A DNA stretch of 63,361 nucleotides, counting the filler, from Octopus bimaculoides (taxonomy: Eukaryota): NCBI RefSeq assembly GCF_001194135.2. It is 6 parts of 6 records of this genome, joined end to end, with 100 filler letters (N's around TTAATTAATTAA, not from the genome) between each part and the next. Parts side by side here need not be neighbours in the genome. Positions count along the whole stretch, not along the records: positions 7,486 to 34,442 come from NC_068991.1; 5 more parts are not named here. One strand, given 5' to 3'. The notes under the pieces were generated by a model. It had not been told where the DNA came from, searched no databases, and saw only the letters and a list, made by a program, of their open reading frames with translations. Positions 11,620 through 23,815 of this stretch are shown here, in pieces. Every line of letters starts with the position of its first letter. The stretch's first letter is position 1. A program made the translations under genes and the position numbers.

Positions 11620-11625
11620 ATACAA

Positions 11626-11683
<58 letters not shown>

Positions 11684-12220
11684 GCACACACACATCTGTA
11701 TATATATATATAAATATGTATATATATACATATATTTTTATATAAATATATATATTCCCATCTATCTCACTATAGATATTATTTTCCATTCGTTGTCTGT
11801 CGTAATATATTGCTAAGCTCTAGTGTTCTCATTGGCAATTACTATAAAAGTTTCTTTTCATACCTATTTTTTTAACTTTTTTACTTCTTTGCTTTTCTTT
11901 AACTGAAATCCCAACTTCCTCTATCTTGTTGTTTGAACAGATTGGCAGATAGGGTACACATTTACTTGAATATATCATAAAGATAGGATTAAATGTTAAC
12001 ATTCTTTTCTCATGGCATTGTTGGAAGCTCTGTTTCATGTTTAAACAAACTTAGAAGCAATATGTATCAAATAATTACCATATCCACAACTACATGATGT
12101 GCCTGTCTATGTCTATTGTTCTTTTATTTCCTCTCTCTCTCTCTCTCCCACCCTATCAAGATTTTCAATATATCCATTGCTGAAATTCTGTTGGAAGCAC
12201 ATTTTTATGGTGCTTCCTTG

Positions 12221-12327
12221 TTGCTACATTATAACTTTCTGTATTGCTATATAAGTTGCATTGCTACATTATAACTTGTATTGCTATATAAGTTGCATTG
12301 CTACATTATAACTTGTATTGCTGTATG
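12221..12327. repeat. Minisatellite, ~37-bp unit, about 2.8 copies
   Basis: Unit ttgctacattataacttgtattgctatataagttgca at 12221, 12261 and 12298. Confidence 0.9.
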
Positions 12328-13629
12328 AATTTACCATTTTATAGCTTTTTTCTTTTGAAGGAATTATGGTTGAAAGTTTTCGAAATTGGTTTCACTTTGA
12401 AAAAAAGTTGTTCTAATGGAATTTGTCATTTGCCTGGAGGCATTACAATTTGGGGCAAAAATATTGTGGCATTTTGAAATGCATTGAAAGTTGGTAGTTT
12501 TGCAGCCATTTACTTATCCATCCACCCATCCATTTTCTCTGTTGTCTATTCCTGGGATTGTCATTGGGGTAGAATTCTCAGGTGCCTTCTCTACTGGGTC
12601 TCATTAAAAGCAGATGTCATTAGATTTTTCTGGCTGGATTACCAAGTATGACATTCTTCTTCCAAAATTCTTGTTGCTGCAATCCTTCTTCAAACTATCA
12701 TAATTTTCAATGTCTATTTTTCTGTGCTTGCTTAAGCGAAATAAAAGTGTATTGAGGCAGATTTTTTTACATTCAAAGGCCCTTCATGTTGCCAACGCTA
12801 CTTGTTTCAAAGTGAAGTAGTATTCTCCCAATTCCAGTCTATCAAACAAACAACTGCCTAGACATGTTTTATGTGGCACCAGTGGAACGAACCTTTTCTT
12901 TACAAAGATCACATGACATGTTAAGTTGCCTGAACATGCTTTCCTGGTGGACTGCAAACAAGTGATTCTATCAGAAAGCAAATATTTACAAACCAGCATT
13001 TAAACATTACACATACTCTGTCCCTTTCAGTTCTCATATTTTAAAGGGATAAAAGTTGCCCCCCCCCCCCACACACACTACCACTTCCATTGTGCTCATT
13101 AGTCATATAAGACTTTCCAGTGTCCTCCATTCAAGGGTGGTGGTCTGGCCCTATTTGAAAAGCACTGCACTAGATTCACACAATATTTTCTGAAGTTGTT
13201 TTCCAGTGCAGCATTTTGATATTAGTCAAATCGATTTTATTTTTTGTAATACTTCTTTGGTGTTTCTAATTAATTTCTCGTACTCACTGACATCTTAATA
13301 TTTATTGCTTTCTACCCTGATTCTCTAATTCTTTGACTTTAAGGCAAACATTAATGTCTGCTGATAATTCATGCATTCCATTTTGTCACTACATATTCCC
13401 CCGTGTTTACTTGTTTTGATTCTAATTAGATCTTATTGATATTCAGTTGTAATCTTTACCATTCCCCTTGCTTCACATTCATGAAATCCTTTCACAAATG
13501 TACAAAATCAGAATTGAAGAATTTAATTATCTTGATAATTGTTTTTGATAGATTGGGAACACAAAGCAGCTAAAGAGCATTCATTAAGTTCATCATCGTT
13601 ACCATTATCACTTTGTCTATTTATATATC

Positions 13630-13905
13630 ATGCCAGTGCTCCCTGCCTGGCTCCCGTGCCGGTGGCATGTAAAAGACACTATCTGAATGTAATCGATGCC
13701 AAGCCCACCTGACTGGGCCCCGTGCTGGTGGCATGTAAAAAGCACCCACTACACTCTCGGAGTGGTTGACATTAGGAAAGGTATGCATCTGTGGAAACAT
13801 TGCCAGATCAGATTAGAGCCTGGTGAAGCTGGTGGCTCTCCAGACTTCAACCAAACTGTCCAACCCATGCCAGCATGGGAAACGGACGTTAAATGATGAT
13901 GATGA
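13630..13905 (+). mobile_element. SINE family C copy
   Basis: ggcatgtaaaaagcacccactacactctcggagtggttg...ccaacccatgccagcatgggaaacggacgttaaatgatgatgatg. Confidence 0.8.
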
Positions 13906-14326
13906 TGCATGGTCAGGTGCAATTTGTTGAGGCAGATTGTTTTATGGTTGGGAGCCTTTGCTGTTGCTGACCCTCACCTGTTTCCAAACAGGGTAATATT
14001 CCTGCTTGGCCAGACATGTTTTTCACAGAAGACCCATCAGGCCAAGTAAAATCATAGTCATTGCAGATACCAGTGTGACTCAAATGGCACCCAAAATGGC
14101 ACATAAAAGCACCCGTCACACTCTTGGAGTGGTTGGCATTTAGAAGGGCATCCAGCCATAGAGACCATTTCAAATCAGACTGGTGTCTGGTGCAGCCTTT
14201 CCAGCTTGCTAGCCCTGGTCAAGCTGAACCAAGAGGGGAGCCAGTTTAGTCACCTATAACCCCACCATGACTGAGAGGAGCGTGATTACATGGTTACCTG
14301 TTGTCTCCAAGAAGAAACCTCAGTAC

Positions 14327-14382
<56 letters not shown>

Positions 14383-14384
<2 letters not shown>

Positions 14385-14555
14385 CATCATCATCATCATC
14401 ATCATCGTTTAACGTCCGCTTTCCATGCTAGCATGGGTTGGACGACTTGACTGAGGACTGGTGAAACCGGATGGCAACACCAGGCTCCAATCTAAATTTG
14501 GCAGAGTTTCTACAGCTGGATGCCCTTCCTAACGCCAACCACTCAGAGAGTGTAG
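14383..14555 (-). mobile_element. SINE family C, 3' part
   Basis: (atc)n-gtttaacgtccgctttccatgctagcatgggttggacg...ggatgcccttcctaacgccaaccac. Confidence 0.85.
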
Positions 14556-14671
14556 GGTTAGGGTTATATACACACACACATATATATATATATACATCAT
14601 ATATATATATATATATATACACATGCTCACATATATACATAAATATATGTACATACACACATATACACACT

Positions 14672-14726
<55 letters not shown>

Positions 14727-15371
14727 GCACATAGACACATTCGCTTATGCTCACTGGAAATTTGACTAAACATTTTTTTTTTTTTATAAATGTGTGATAC
14801 AACATCACATGACAAACATTAAGAAAAATACTCCAAAAGAACCTGTAAAACATGCATAATGAGACCAGAATAAAGCAGAGCATATCGACAAAGTAATAAT
14901 GATAAACCTGTGGTTTTCTTTGTATGTAAAGCTAAACCATGACTTTTTATAGGCATTTTAGTCTTAGTCAAGAAAATGAAATTATCTCTAGGAAATAAAT
15001 GGAAGGGAGATAGGGGCAGCAGCCTTCAAAGTATAAAACTCTTGCAGATAGAAATGTCTAGAACTTGTTTTTTTTTTTATCTTTGAAAGTACTAACAATG
15101 AAATCTCAATAATCTGTTAGGATTAATGAAATAAAAGCTAACAGAAACTGATAAGCTGTTAAAAACAGCAAGAAGCACACAAAAAAAAAAAAATGAGAAA
15201 CTGTGAAGCAAAAGTAACTGACATGGTATGGAGAAATCTTTAATTACACAGCCGGCAAAATACCACAGCTCATATCTGTCAACGATGAACATTGCTATAA
15301 AAACATTGTCTCTCTCCTTCTCCCCCTCTCTCTCTCTCTCACCCACACACACACACATGTATATATATGTG

Positions 15372-15505
15372 TGTGAAGGCCCGTGGCTTAGTGGTTAGGG
15401 CATTCCGCTCACAATCATAAGGTCATGAGTTCAATTCTTGGCGACACGTTGTGTCCTTGAGCAAGACACTCTATTTCATGTTACTCCAGTTCATTCAGCC
15501 GGTAG
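15372..15505 (+). mobile_element. tRNA-derived SINE family D, head and body
   Basis: A box tggcttagtggttagg, B box gagttcaattc, then gtgtccttgagcaagacact. A related copy is at 52240. Confidence 0.75.
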
Positions 15506-15907
15506 AACGTTGTATCCTTCAAATGATCTTCACTTAGATCTCGGTAATATTCTGTATCCATTATAACAATGGCACCTCCTTTATCTGATATGCTCATAGT
15601 TTCCACATAAGTTATGGCAGCATTGCTGTTTCCAAAGTTTTATTTCTATTTCTCTATTATTAATTTTACTTGCGTCTCTATCTTAGTAGAAACTGATAGA
15701 TAAAGAAATCAAACTACATAAACAAACGGCAGCAAAAACGTACAGAAATTAAATAACACTAACATATCCAGTAACAATAATAAATTTAATTTATCCTCAA
15801 CAGTTCTTAGTTTTACCAATTTTGAATATATCGCTCCTGTTTAAAACCTCTTACCTACTTGACAATTGCGTTTCTAGCTTTGCCCTGAAGGAAGCTTTAC
15901 TTCTTAG

Positions 15908-16068
15908 ACTCACGTTTTTGTGTGCAATGATGTCAAACCTCTGTTAACAGCACCATATGCAGGTCCTTTACATTTTCTTTCATGCATGGATAAACTTTTC
16001 ACTGTGGACCTTAATGGTCGGGAAGACACTATATCAGTGGATAGACTAAAAAAAAGGCCTTTGTAGAG
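15908..16068 (+). mobile_element. Gypsy LTR-retrotransposon integrase C-terminal fossil
   Basis: Reads THVFVCNDVKPLLTAPYAGPLHFLSCMDKLFTVDLNGREDTISVDRLK(K/AFVE), matching the Gypsy HVF.R.D..R.PL.PPY.GP..V......F.....G..DTVS.DRLKPA pattern. Confidence 0.75.
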
Positions 16069-16375
16069 AAAACTATCCCTGTTCCCACTGCAGATGACAC
16101 ACACACAGCATTACAAACATGGCCTGCACACCCACCTTCACATTCCATGACTACTATTGGGATTGATCAGGTACCGGACAAAGATTCTGGATTATTTGTA
16201 CGTTTTTTTAAATTTAATTTTTGAGAGTGGTTGGGTTCTCTTTTAGTATTCTCGTTTGTGAAAGCAGTCAAGTGTATTTCAGATATTCTCATTTTTTAAA
16301 AATCATCTCTGGCTAATCGTTGAGAGGACGTTGGTATTGCCTTGGCGGAGTTTTGAGCACTCTGAGTGCTCTTGT

Positions 16376-16474
16376 TATTATTATTGTTATCATCTTCATC
16401 ATCATCATCATCATCATCCTCATCATCATCATCATCATCATCCTCATCATCATCATCATCATCATCATCATTAA

Positions 16475-16520
<46 letters not shown>

Positions 16521-16660
16521 TTGTAAAGGAAAGAATCTTGAAAACTTTTTCATTTTTATCTATTTCACTATGATAATGACAGTAATATAATAATAATAAT
16601 AATACTAATCATAATAATCACAATAATAATAATAATAATGATAATAATAATAATAATGAT
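16376..16660. repeat. Compound trinucleotide microsatellite (ATC)n/(ATT)n/(AAT)n
   Basis: Directly visible. It produces the spurious poly-D/N/S/I ORFs. Confidence 0.95.
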
Positions 16661-16811
16661 AGCTTTTGAATTGCCTAAACATATTTTAACCTTAATTGAT
16701 TTCATAAGTGCAATATTGGATTTTAATTTCAGAATTATGGAAATCAGATAAGTTTTTTACAATAAAGAAAGCTTTTCTTATTTTCTTTTTCATCAAATTT
16801 TGAAAATAGAA

Positions 16812-16850
<39 letters not shown>

Positions 16851-18488
16851 GAGAGAGAGAAGGGATTTTTGATTTTGAGAAACTTATCTAATATCTATAA
16901 ATATATAAATTTAAAATTAAAATTCAATAGCGCCCTGATGAGATCAATTAAGGTTGGAATACCCATATGCAATCATTTAGAATATTATGATCATCATTAT
17001 TACTACAAAATAAATAAATAAATACGAAATAGCTTTGACATGGTTCTGCAAAAAATGAAGTCATTCTATCTATCTATCTATCTATANNNNNNNNNNNNNN
17101 NNNNNNNNATATATATATATATATATATATACATACATACATACATATATATATGCATACATACAGATGCATACATAGATACATACATACATATATATAT
17201 ATATACACATATATATGTATGTATGTATGTATCTATGTATGTATGTATGCATATATATGTGTATGTATGCATATATATGTGTATGTATGTATGTATGTAT
17301 TCATATATATGTGTATGTATGTATGTATGCATTTATATATATATGCATATGTATATATGTATGTATATGTGTATATCTATATATATATATATGTGTGTGT
17401 GTGTGTATATGTTTATGAATACCAAATGATAAAAGAATTTATCATCGTTAATATTTTTGTTGCTGTTGTTGGTTTTGTCATGGTTCCTACTACTACTACT
17501 ACTACTACTATTACTACTTCTACTACTACTACTACAAAATATATAAATGAAAATGGAGTTCACATGATGTCTCTTACAAAAGAAACTGGCAGACCTATCA
17601 GATGATCGAGAATGTTTGTAAAGATTTCTGTTATCATTTAATACAGTGAGTCTTTAAAAAGCTGCATGGTGGCAGTCACAGCATATTGTAAGTTGCAGGT
17701 GATGGCGATGAGGAAACTGAACATATATACATCAGTTGCGTAGTAGATATGCATGCACAAAGTACGAAAGCCATAAAAACAATGAGGGAAAAAAAATGGT
17801 TTAAAAATAATTAGCAGGATTATATTTCTATTAACATTCAGATTTGAATAACAATTGACTAATGATGTTAAGAACGAAAATTAGAAAAAAAAAAAAAAAA
17901 AAGGAAAAAGGAAAACCGAATCGGTTTGAAATTCTGTACTTTTCTGTAAAGAATGTTTTGTTTTGGAGATTTACCATTCTTTTTCTCTCCCACTCTTTTT
18001 TGCTTCTCCCTCTGCATTGTGTCTGTTTTACATTTAAATATCTCTGTCTTTCTTATTTGAATAAGCTGTGTGTGCGCATATATCTATATCTATAAAAGAT
18101 ATATATATATATATATATATATAAAATTCCAAGAGAGTTAGAGGTTGTGAATCCAACCAAGTAAGGGATAATATCTATCCAATATACTGCTGGTAGAATA
18201 CTCAATTATTAATACACAAGTGTTGGTTATTGCATGGCAATTACACTGCTGAACATAAATGGGTGAGGATAAAAAGTGGTTTACCCTTAATTTATACGGC
18301 AAGAAGAAAATGGAGGGGATCCAGAGGTAGTATGCTTCAGCTGTTAGACATTATATTATGTCTATTTATTCATTTTAAACAATTATGAGAATATATATAC
18401 ATGTGTAAAGATTGTGTTTTACGTATATATAAGTACCAGTAATTTCTAGAATAGAGAAAAAAGTGGCCACTGAAATTGTTTGACAGTC

Positions 18489-18882
18489 ACGAGATCTCAG
18501 TCCTGGCTGTCAAACAATTTCAGTGGCCACATCATCCCTAAGACCTGGCCACCCAGATTGCGACCCCCTCGATTATTATGTGCGAGGCGTAGTTGAGTGA
18601 GTGACCAACAAAATTTGTTGTAACACCAAAGATGAAGTGAGGGCAAGGATTATGCCAGCATTCACCAACTTAAACAAAGAAACCATTCAGAAGAATTGCA
18701 GGAGATTCCAAAGTCGTCTGGAGGCCGTGGTTGAAGCCAATAGCGATTTTATTGAATAAAGTTATTCTTTAATATTTCAAGATATTTTTATGTAATTTTG
18801 GTAAATATATTTGTTAAAATGAGATTTGAGTGTTATTTTCAATTTTGCATAACTTAGGCGACAATAAATTCACTGCATCCTG
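18489..18882 (+). mobile_element. Tc1/mariner (maT/DD37D-like) transposase C-terminal fossil with right end and TA target site
   Basis: Reads TRSQSWLSNNFSGHIIPKTWPP/PDCDPLDYYVRGVVE*VTNKICCNTKDEVRARIMPAFTNLNKETIQKNCRRFQSRLEAVVEANSDFIE*. The element ends ...cactgcatcctg|TA. Confidence 0.85.
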
Positions 18883-19849
18883 TATATATATATATATATA
18901 TTTGTGACATCTAATTATTCCATAGCAATTATAAAATGTTTAAACCTCTGAACAGAAAACCTAGAGGGAATACTTTTTTTTACCAGTGCCAAGATAGCCA
19001 GACGTTGTTGTGTTCTGTGGTAAGGACTTATTTGTTGTTGTCTTTTAATAATTTATTTCTTAATCTTGTACATGGCTCTGTTGAGAATAAACTAAGCAAA
19101 TAAATTTCCTCGGATGACAGTTGGTGTATTTGACAGCTATTCTATTCTTAGTTGGCGGCATGTAATGACTAGCATAGAATTTAAAAAAAAAATATGTTTA
19201 ACGATCTAATCAAATAATCTTAGCTACTAATTATCATTGTTCATATTTTTCTAATTTATAGTTATTTCTTGGCTTAATGGCTTCTCCTTGACTTCTCTGT
19301 TTGCTTATTTCAACTGCTTTCCTTTTTTGTTTTGTTTTCATATTTCGCATTTTCTTGAAATATCAGAAATACACTTGAACTTCTTTGATCTCACATTGAT
19401 CAATAAATAAAGTTCATATGTTAAATTCACTTGAGAAACATTTTGCTGTCTGCCTTTCTTCTTTTTTTTTTCTCCATATTTTGATGTAACTAATCCTATA
19501 TTTTCGAAGGGAATAGGAAATATGAGCTGAAAGAAACCTGGAAGTGTTGTGATAGATAAAAATAAAGATTTCACTTCCTCAAATTCTTATTGTTGTTTAC
19601 GGCTGAGTTTTTTTCTTGATATATATAATAGGTGTAGCCATGGCTGTTTGGTTAAGAAACTTGCTTAACAATTGCTAGGATTTAAGTTCAGTACCAATGT
19701 GTAACACTTTGGGTCAGTCTTTTACTAAAGTTGTGGGCCAAGCAATGCCTTGTGAGTCAATTGGTTAAATAGAAATTGTGTGGAAGCCCTTCATATATGC
19801 ATGTGTGTGTATATGTATGAGTATATATGTGCGTGTGTGTGTGCACACG

Positions 19850-20210
19850 CATTAAGAAGTTTGCTTTGCAACCACATGGTTTCAGATTTAATTCCACAGC
19901 ATGGCACCTTGGGTAAGTTTCTTCTTCTATTGCCGTATGAGTAGATTTAATTGACAGAAACTGAAGGAAGCTTGTCGTATGTATAAATATGTGTGTGTAT
20001 GTGTGTGTTTGTGTCTTTGCTTCTGTGTTTGTCCCCCAACTGGTATTAATGTGTTTACATCTCCATAACTTAGCAGTTTGGCAAACGAGAGACTGATAGA
20101 ATAAGTACCAGGTTTAAAAAAGTCTTGGGGTTGATTTGTTTACTTAAACCCTTCCAGACATTGTGCCAACATTGATGTAGACCAGTGGCTGAAACAAATA
20201 AAACAGAAGA
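19850..20210 (+). mobile_element. SINE family A, degenerate full length (preceded by another head at 19630-19795)
   Basis: Head, gaaactgaaggaagcttgtcg, (TG)-rich spacer, then gtcccccaac...gatagaataagtacc...gctgaaacaaataaaa. Confidence 0.75.
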
Positions 20211-23196
20211 ATAATATCTCAGATTTCATGTTGTCAAAGGACTTTAAGAATCACTTCATGAGACAGTCAAGCAGTGAAAGCAACATTTAGAAGAAATTTG
20301 ACTCTACTTTCAGTATTGAGCCTCTCCACCAGTAAATGTTCTGTTGTTATTCTTATAATCACTTTGATTCTGAAGCTCATGGACTCAGGTTCGATACTCC
20401 TGTGTGACACTTTGGGTAAGTGTATTCTGCAATGGCTCCAAACTGATCAAAATATTGTGAATGGATTTGCTAGACGGAAACTGAAATGAAACTGTCCTGT
20501 ATGTATGTGTGTGTGTGTGTGTTTACATTTATGCTTCTTTGAAAATCACTGAGCTACAAGCTGTGGAATTGTCATGTACCCATTAGTAAATTATCCACTT
20601 GCTTGGCACCTTCAAAGATGTCTGGAATAAATGATCTCTTACGTGGAAAACACATAATGGTTAGTGACAGGAAGGGTATCTGGCTCTAAAACAATGCCTC
20701 AATAATATATTCATTTAACCCATGCTAGCATGGAAAAACACATGAAAGATGATAAGCTTGAGAGAGCGGTCTGTTCAGGCTTGGTTTCTACAGCTGGATG
20801 TCCTTCTAATGCCAACCACTTTACAGAGTGTACCGGGTGCTTTTTACCTGTCACTGGCACTGGTCCCTTTTATGTTTCACTGGCATGGGTGCCTTTTCTG
20901 TGTCACCAGAACTGGCCATGATTTCACTTAACTTGATGTATCTTCTCAAGCACAGTAAATCACTAGAAATCTTCGTCACTTGTCATCACTTCCATGAGGC
21001 TCATATTTCACTATCTCTTCCCACATCTTGTATATATATGTGTGTGTGTGTGTACATATAACTGTGTATATATGTGTGTGTATATGTATACATACATATA
21101 TGTATGTATGTGTGTGTGTGTACATATAACTGTGTGTATATGTGCATATATATATGTGTGTGTGTGTATGTGTATAATACATGTATGTATGTATGTATAT
21201 GTGTGTGTACATATAACTATATATATATATATGCATATATCTGTGTGTGTGTATGTGTATACATACACACATGTATGTATGTATGTATGTGTGTGTGTAT
21301 GTATGTTTGTGTCTTTGTGTGTGTGGTTATTTAAGAAATGAATGAAGAATAAGTAAAAATAAAAAAGATAAAAACTAATCTCAGATCACTTGCCTTAATA
21401 TTTGTTTTTTTTTTAATCATTTTTTGTTGTTGTTGTAGACTTTACTGGGTTTCAGTGAGGGAAAAAGAGGAAACAAATATCCTCCGTCTGATCTTTCATA
21501 GAATTGGTGGCATGCAGACACAGAATATGTAAACTGCGTAAAGATTGATTGTATAAAGTTTCAGATTGTCAAGTTATAGAAAAATTGTTATACGATTAGA
21601 TTTGGTTCACTGTTTGTATCCTGTTTTTCTCAGTATTGATCTTGGTAAGTTTAGCTGCTTTCATTTAAATATGTACATAAAGCTATTCCAACAGAGAATA
21701 AGTCTCCTCTTTAAATAGTTGGTGCCATTCTTTACTTTTGAATTGCAAAACTAAAGAAAATATAGCATTTATTTTTTTACCAGATTACAGAATTAAAGTC
21801 TCTCTTGAAAACAGTGCAAGTTATATAACAACCCTCATATTGTATTAAATGTGTAAGCTATTGTTCATATCATTGACTAATACTTTTTCCTCATTGCAGA
21901 GTTATTTCCAGCTTTGTAAAGATTTTTAATGCTCAATATATTAAATATAGCAGCACTACCACGATGACTGTCATTTTTTAAAGCTGAACTAATATCCTCT
22001 GTGCACAACTCATCCCCTATCTCTAACCATCTCTCTCACCCTATCTTCTCTCAGTGCACTTATCTACACATCCACCTTTTCTGCTCTTCTATTCTGTATC
22101 ATATTCCACCTTGAACCTGGACCGCACATCTCCTTATCTCTCTCTCTCTCTCTTGCTCTTGGTGGTCAAGCCTTGCATTTACCTTCCCAGCAAGACACCT
22201 GCTCCCTGTTTATCATAGTTTCTTATCCCTTCATTCTATACTCCACTCAGTCAAGGGATCTTATCTTGTGGTGCGTGGTGACCTCACTGATGCTGGTGCC
22301 ATGTAAAAACATCCAGTACACTCTGTAAAGTTGTTGGCATTTGGAAGGGCAACCAGCTACAGAGACCATGCCAAACCTGGTGCAGCCGTCTGGCTTGTCT
22401 GTTCATATATGGAAAAGGTGATGTTAAATAATGATAATGATGGCAGTGGTGGTGGCGTCGTTGGCATTGCCAGTGTTGTTGCTACCATTGTTGTTGTAGG
22501 TGAGCAGTTTTACTTTGTAATTTATTATCTTTTAAATAGGCTGTTTCCGAACCCGTGGGTCACCTGCTGTCGGACTGGAAATAAACTCTGTCTTAGGAAG
22601 GAACCATTTATGATGAGGCTTGGGGAGGGATGGGTTCCACTCAGTTTAAAAATACACAGTGTGTGCTGTATCTCATGTTGTTTGTCCTCCCCCCACAACT
22701 TCATCAAGAGTTGAGGATGCTATGCAAATGAAGCGTGTAGTGTGTCCAGCATCTTTAAATTGTTGAAAGACGGTAAAAGGAAAGAACGATAAGAGAAACA
22801 CTGAGTTGAAAGTCATGAATTTTAAATTTACAAGATGACAAGAAAAAGGAAAAGAAAAATCATGCAAAAAGAAGACAAAAAAAACCCCCATTTAGATTTA
22901 CATATCTTGATTGTTTGTCTCTGTAAATTCCATGGGAATAGATGTGCTGCTGTTGATAGCAGAGTTAAGATGATGAGATAAGAAGTGAAGGATGTTATTA
23001 GAAGTAATATGAACCAAGACAACAACTGTTATAGCTTTCTAGCAGATATTTATAGGGTTGCCATATCAGAGATTGTTAACAATTTCGAGTTTTAAACCCT
23101 TTTAACACCATCAAATTCTTAGAAAAAGAATACGCACGCACACACACACACACACAGACGTGTGTGTGGGTGTATGTGCATGTGTATATATGCATA

Positions 23197-23400
23197 TATC
23201 ATCATCATCATCATGATCATCATCATCATCATTTAACGTCCGTTTTCCATGCTGGCATGGGTTGGACGGTTCGACTGGGGTCTGGGAAGCCAGGAGGTTG
23301 CCCCAGGCTCCAGTCTGATCTGGCAGTGTTTCTACAGCTGGATGCCCTTCCTAATGCCAACCACTCCGAGAGTGTAGTGGGTGCTTTTTACATGCCACCG
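23197..23400 (-). mobile_element. SINE family C, well-conserved 3' part
   Basis: (atc)n-atttaacgtccgttttccatgctggcatgggttggacgg...ctggatgcccttcctaatgccaaccactccgagagtgtagtgggtgc. Confidence 0.85.
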
Positions 23401-23404
23401 GTAA

Positions 23405-23815
23405 AGTGAGTGAGTGGGTGAATGAGAAAGTGAGTGAGTGAGTGGGTGAGCGAGAGAGTGAGTGATAGACTGAATGGATGAGTAAGTGAGTGGGGGTGAG
23501 TGAATGAGTGATGGGGTGAGTGAGTGAATGAGTGAGGAGGTGAGTGAGTATGTGAGTGAGTGAGGGGTGAGTGAGTGAGTGGGTGGGTGATTGAGTGAGT
23601 GAGTGAGAGAGTGAGTGAATGGGTGAGTGAATGAGTGAGTGGGTGGGTGAGTGAGTGAGGGGGTGAGTGAGTGAGTGAATGAGTGAAGGGTAGGTGGGTG
23701 AGTAAGTGAGTGAATGAGTGAGTGAGTGGGTGAGTGAGTGAGTGAGGGGTAATTGAGTGAGTGGGTGGGTGAGTGAGTAAATGAGTGAGTGAGTGAGTGA
23801 GTAAGTGAGTGAGTC
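23405..23815. repeat. Degenerate (GAGT)n/(GGGT)n tetranucleotide satellite, about 410 bp
   Basis: Directly visible. It produces the spurious THSL-repeat ORF. Confidence 0.95.

Noticed and set aside
8208-11953. Further short AG...GT intervals on + (ending 8247, 8535, 8771, 11254, 11953)
   Set aside because: They cannot be joined into an open frame, and such matches are expected by chance in AT-rich DNA.
17552-17645. Protein-like frame KWSSHDVSYKRNWQTYQMIENVCKDFCYHLI ending at a gtgagt donor
   Set aside because: It is preceded by an in-frame TGA and has no polypyrimidine acceptor.
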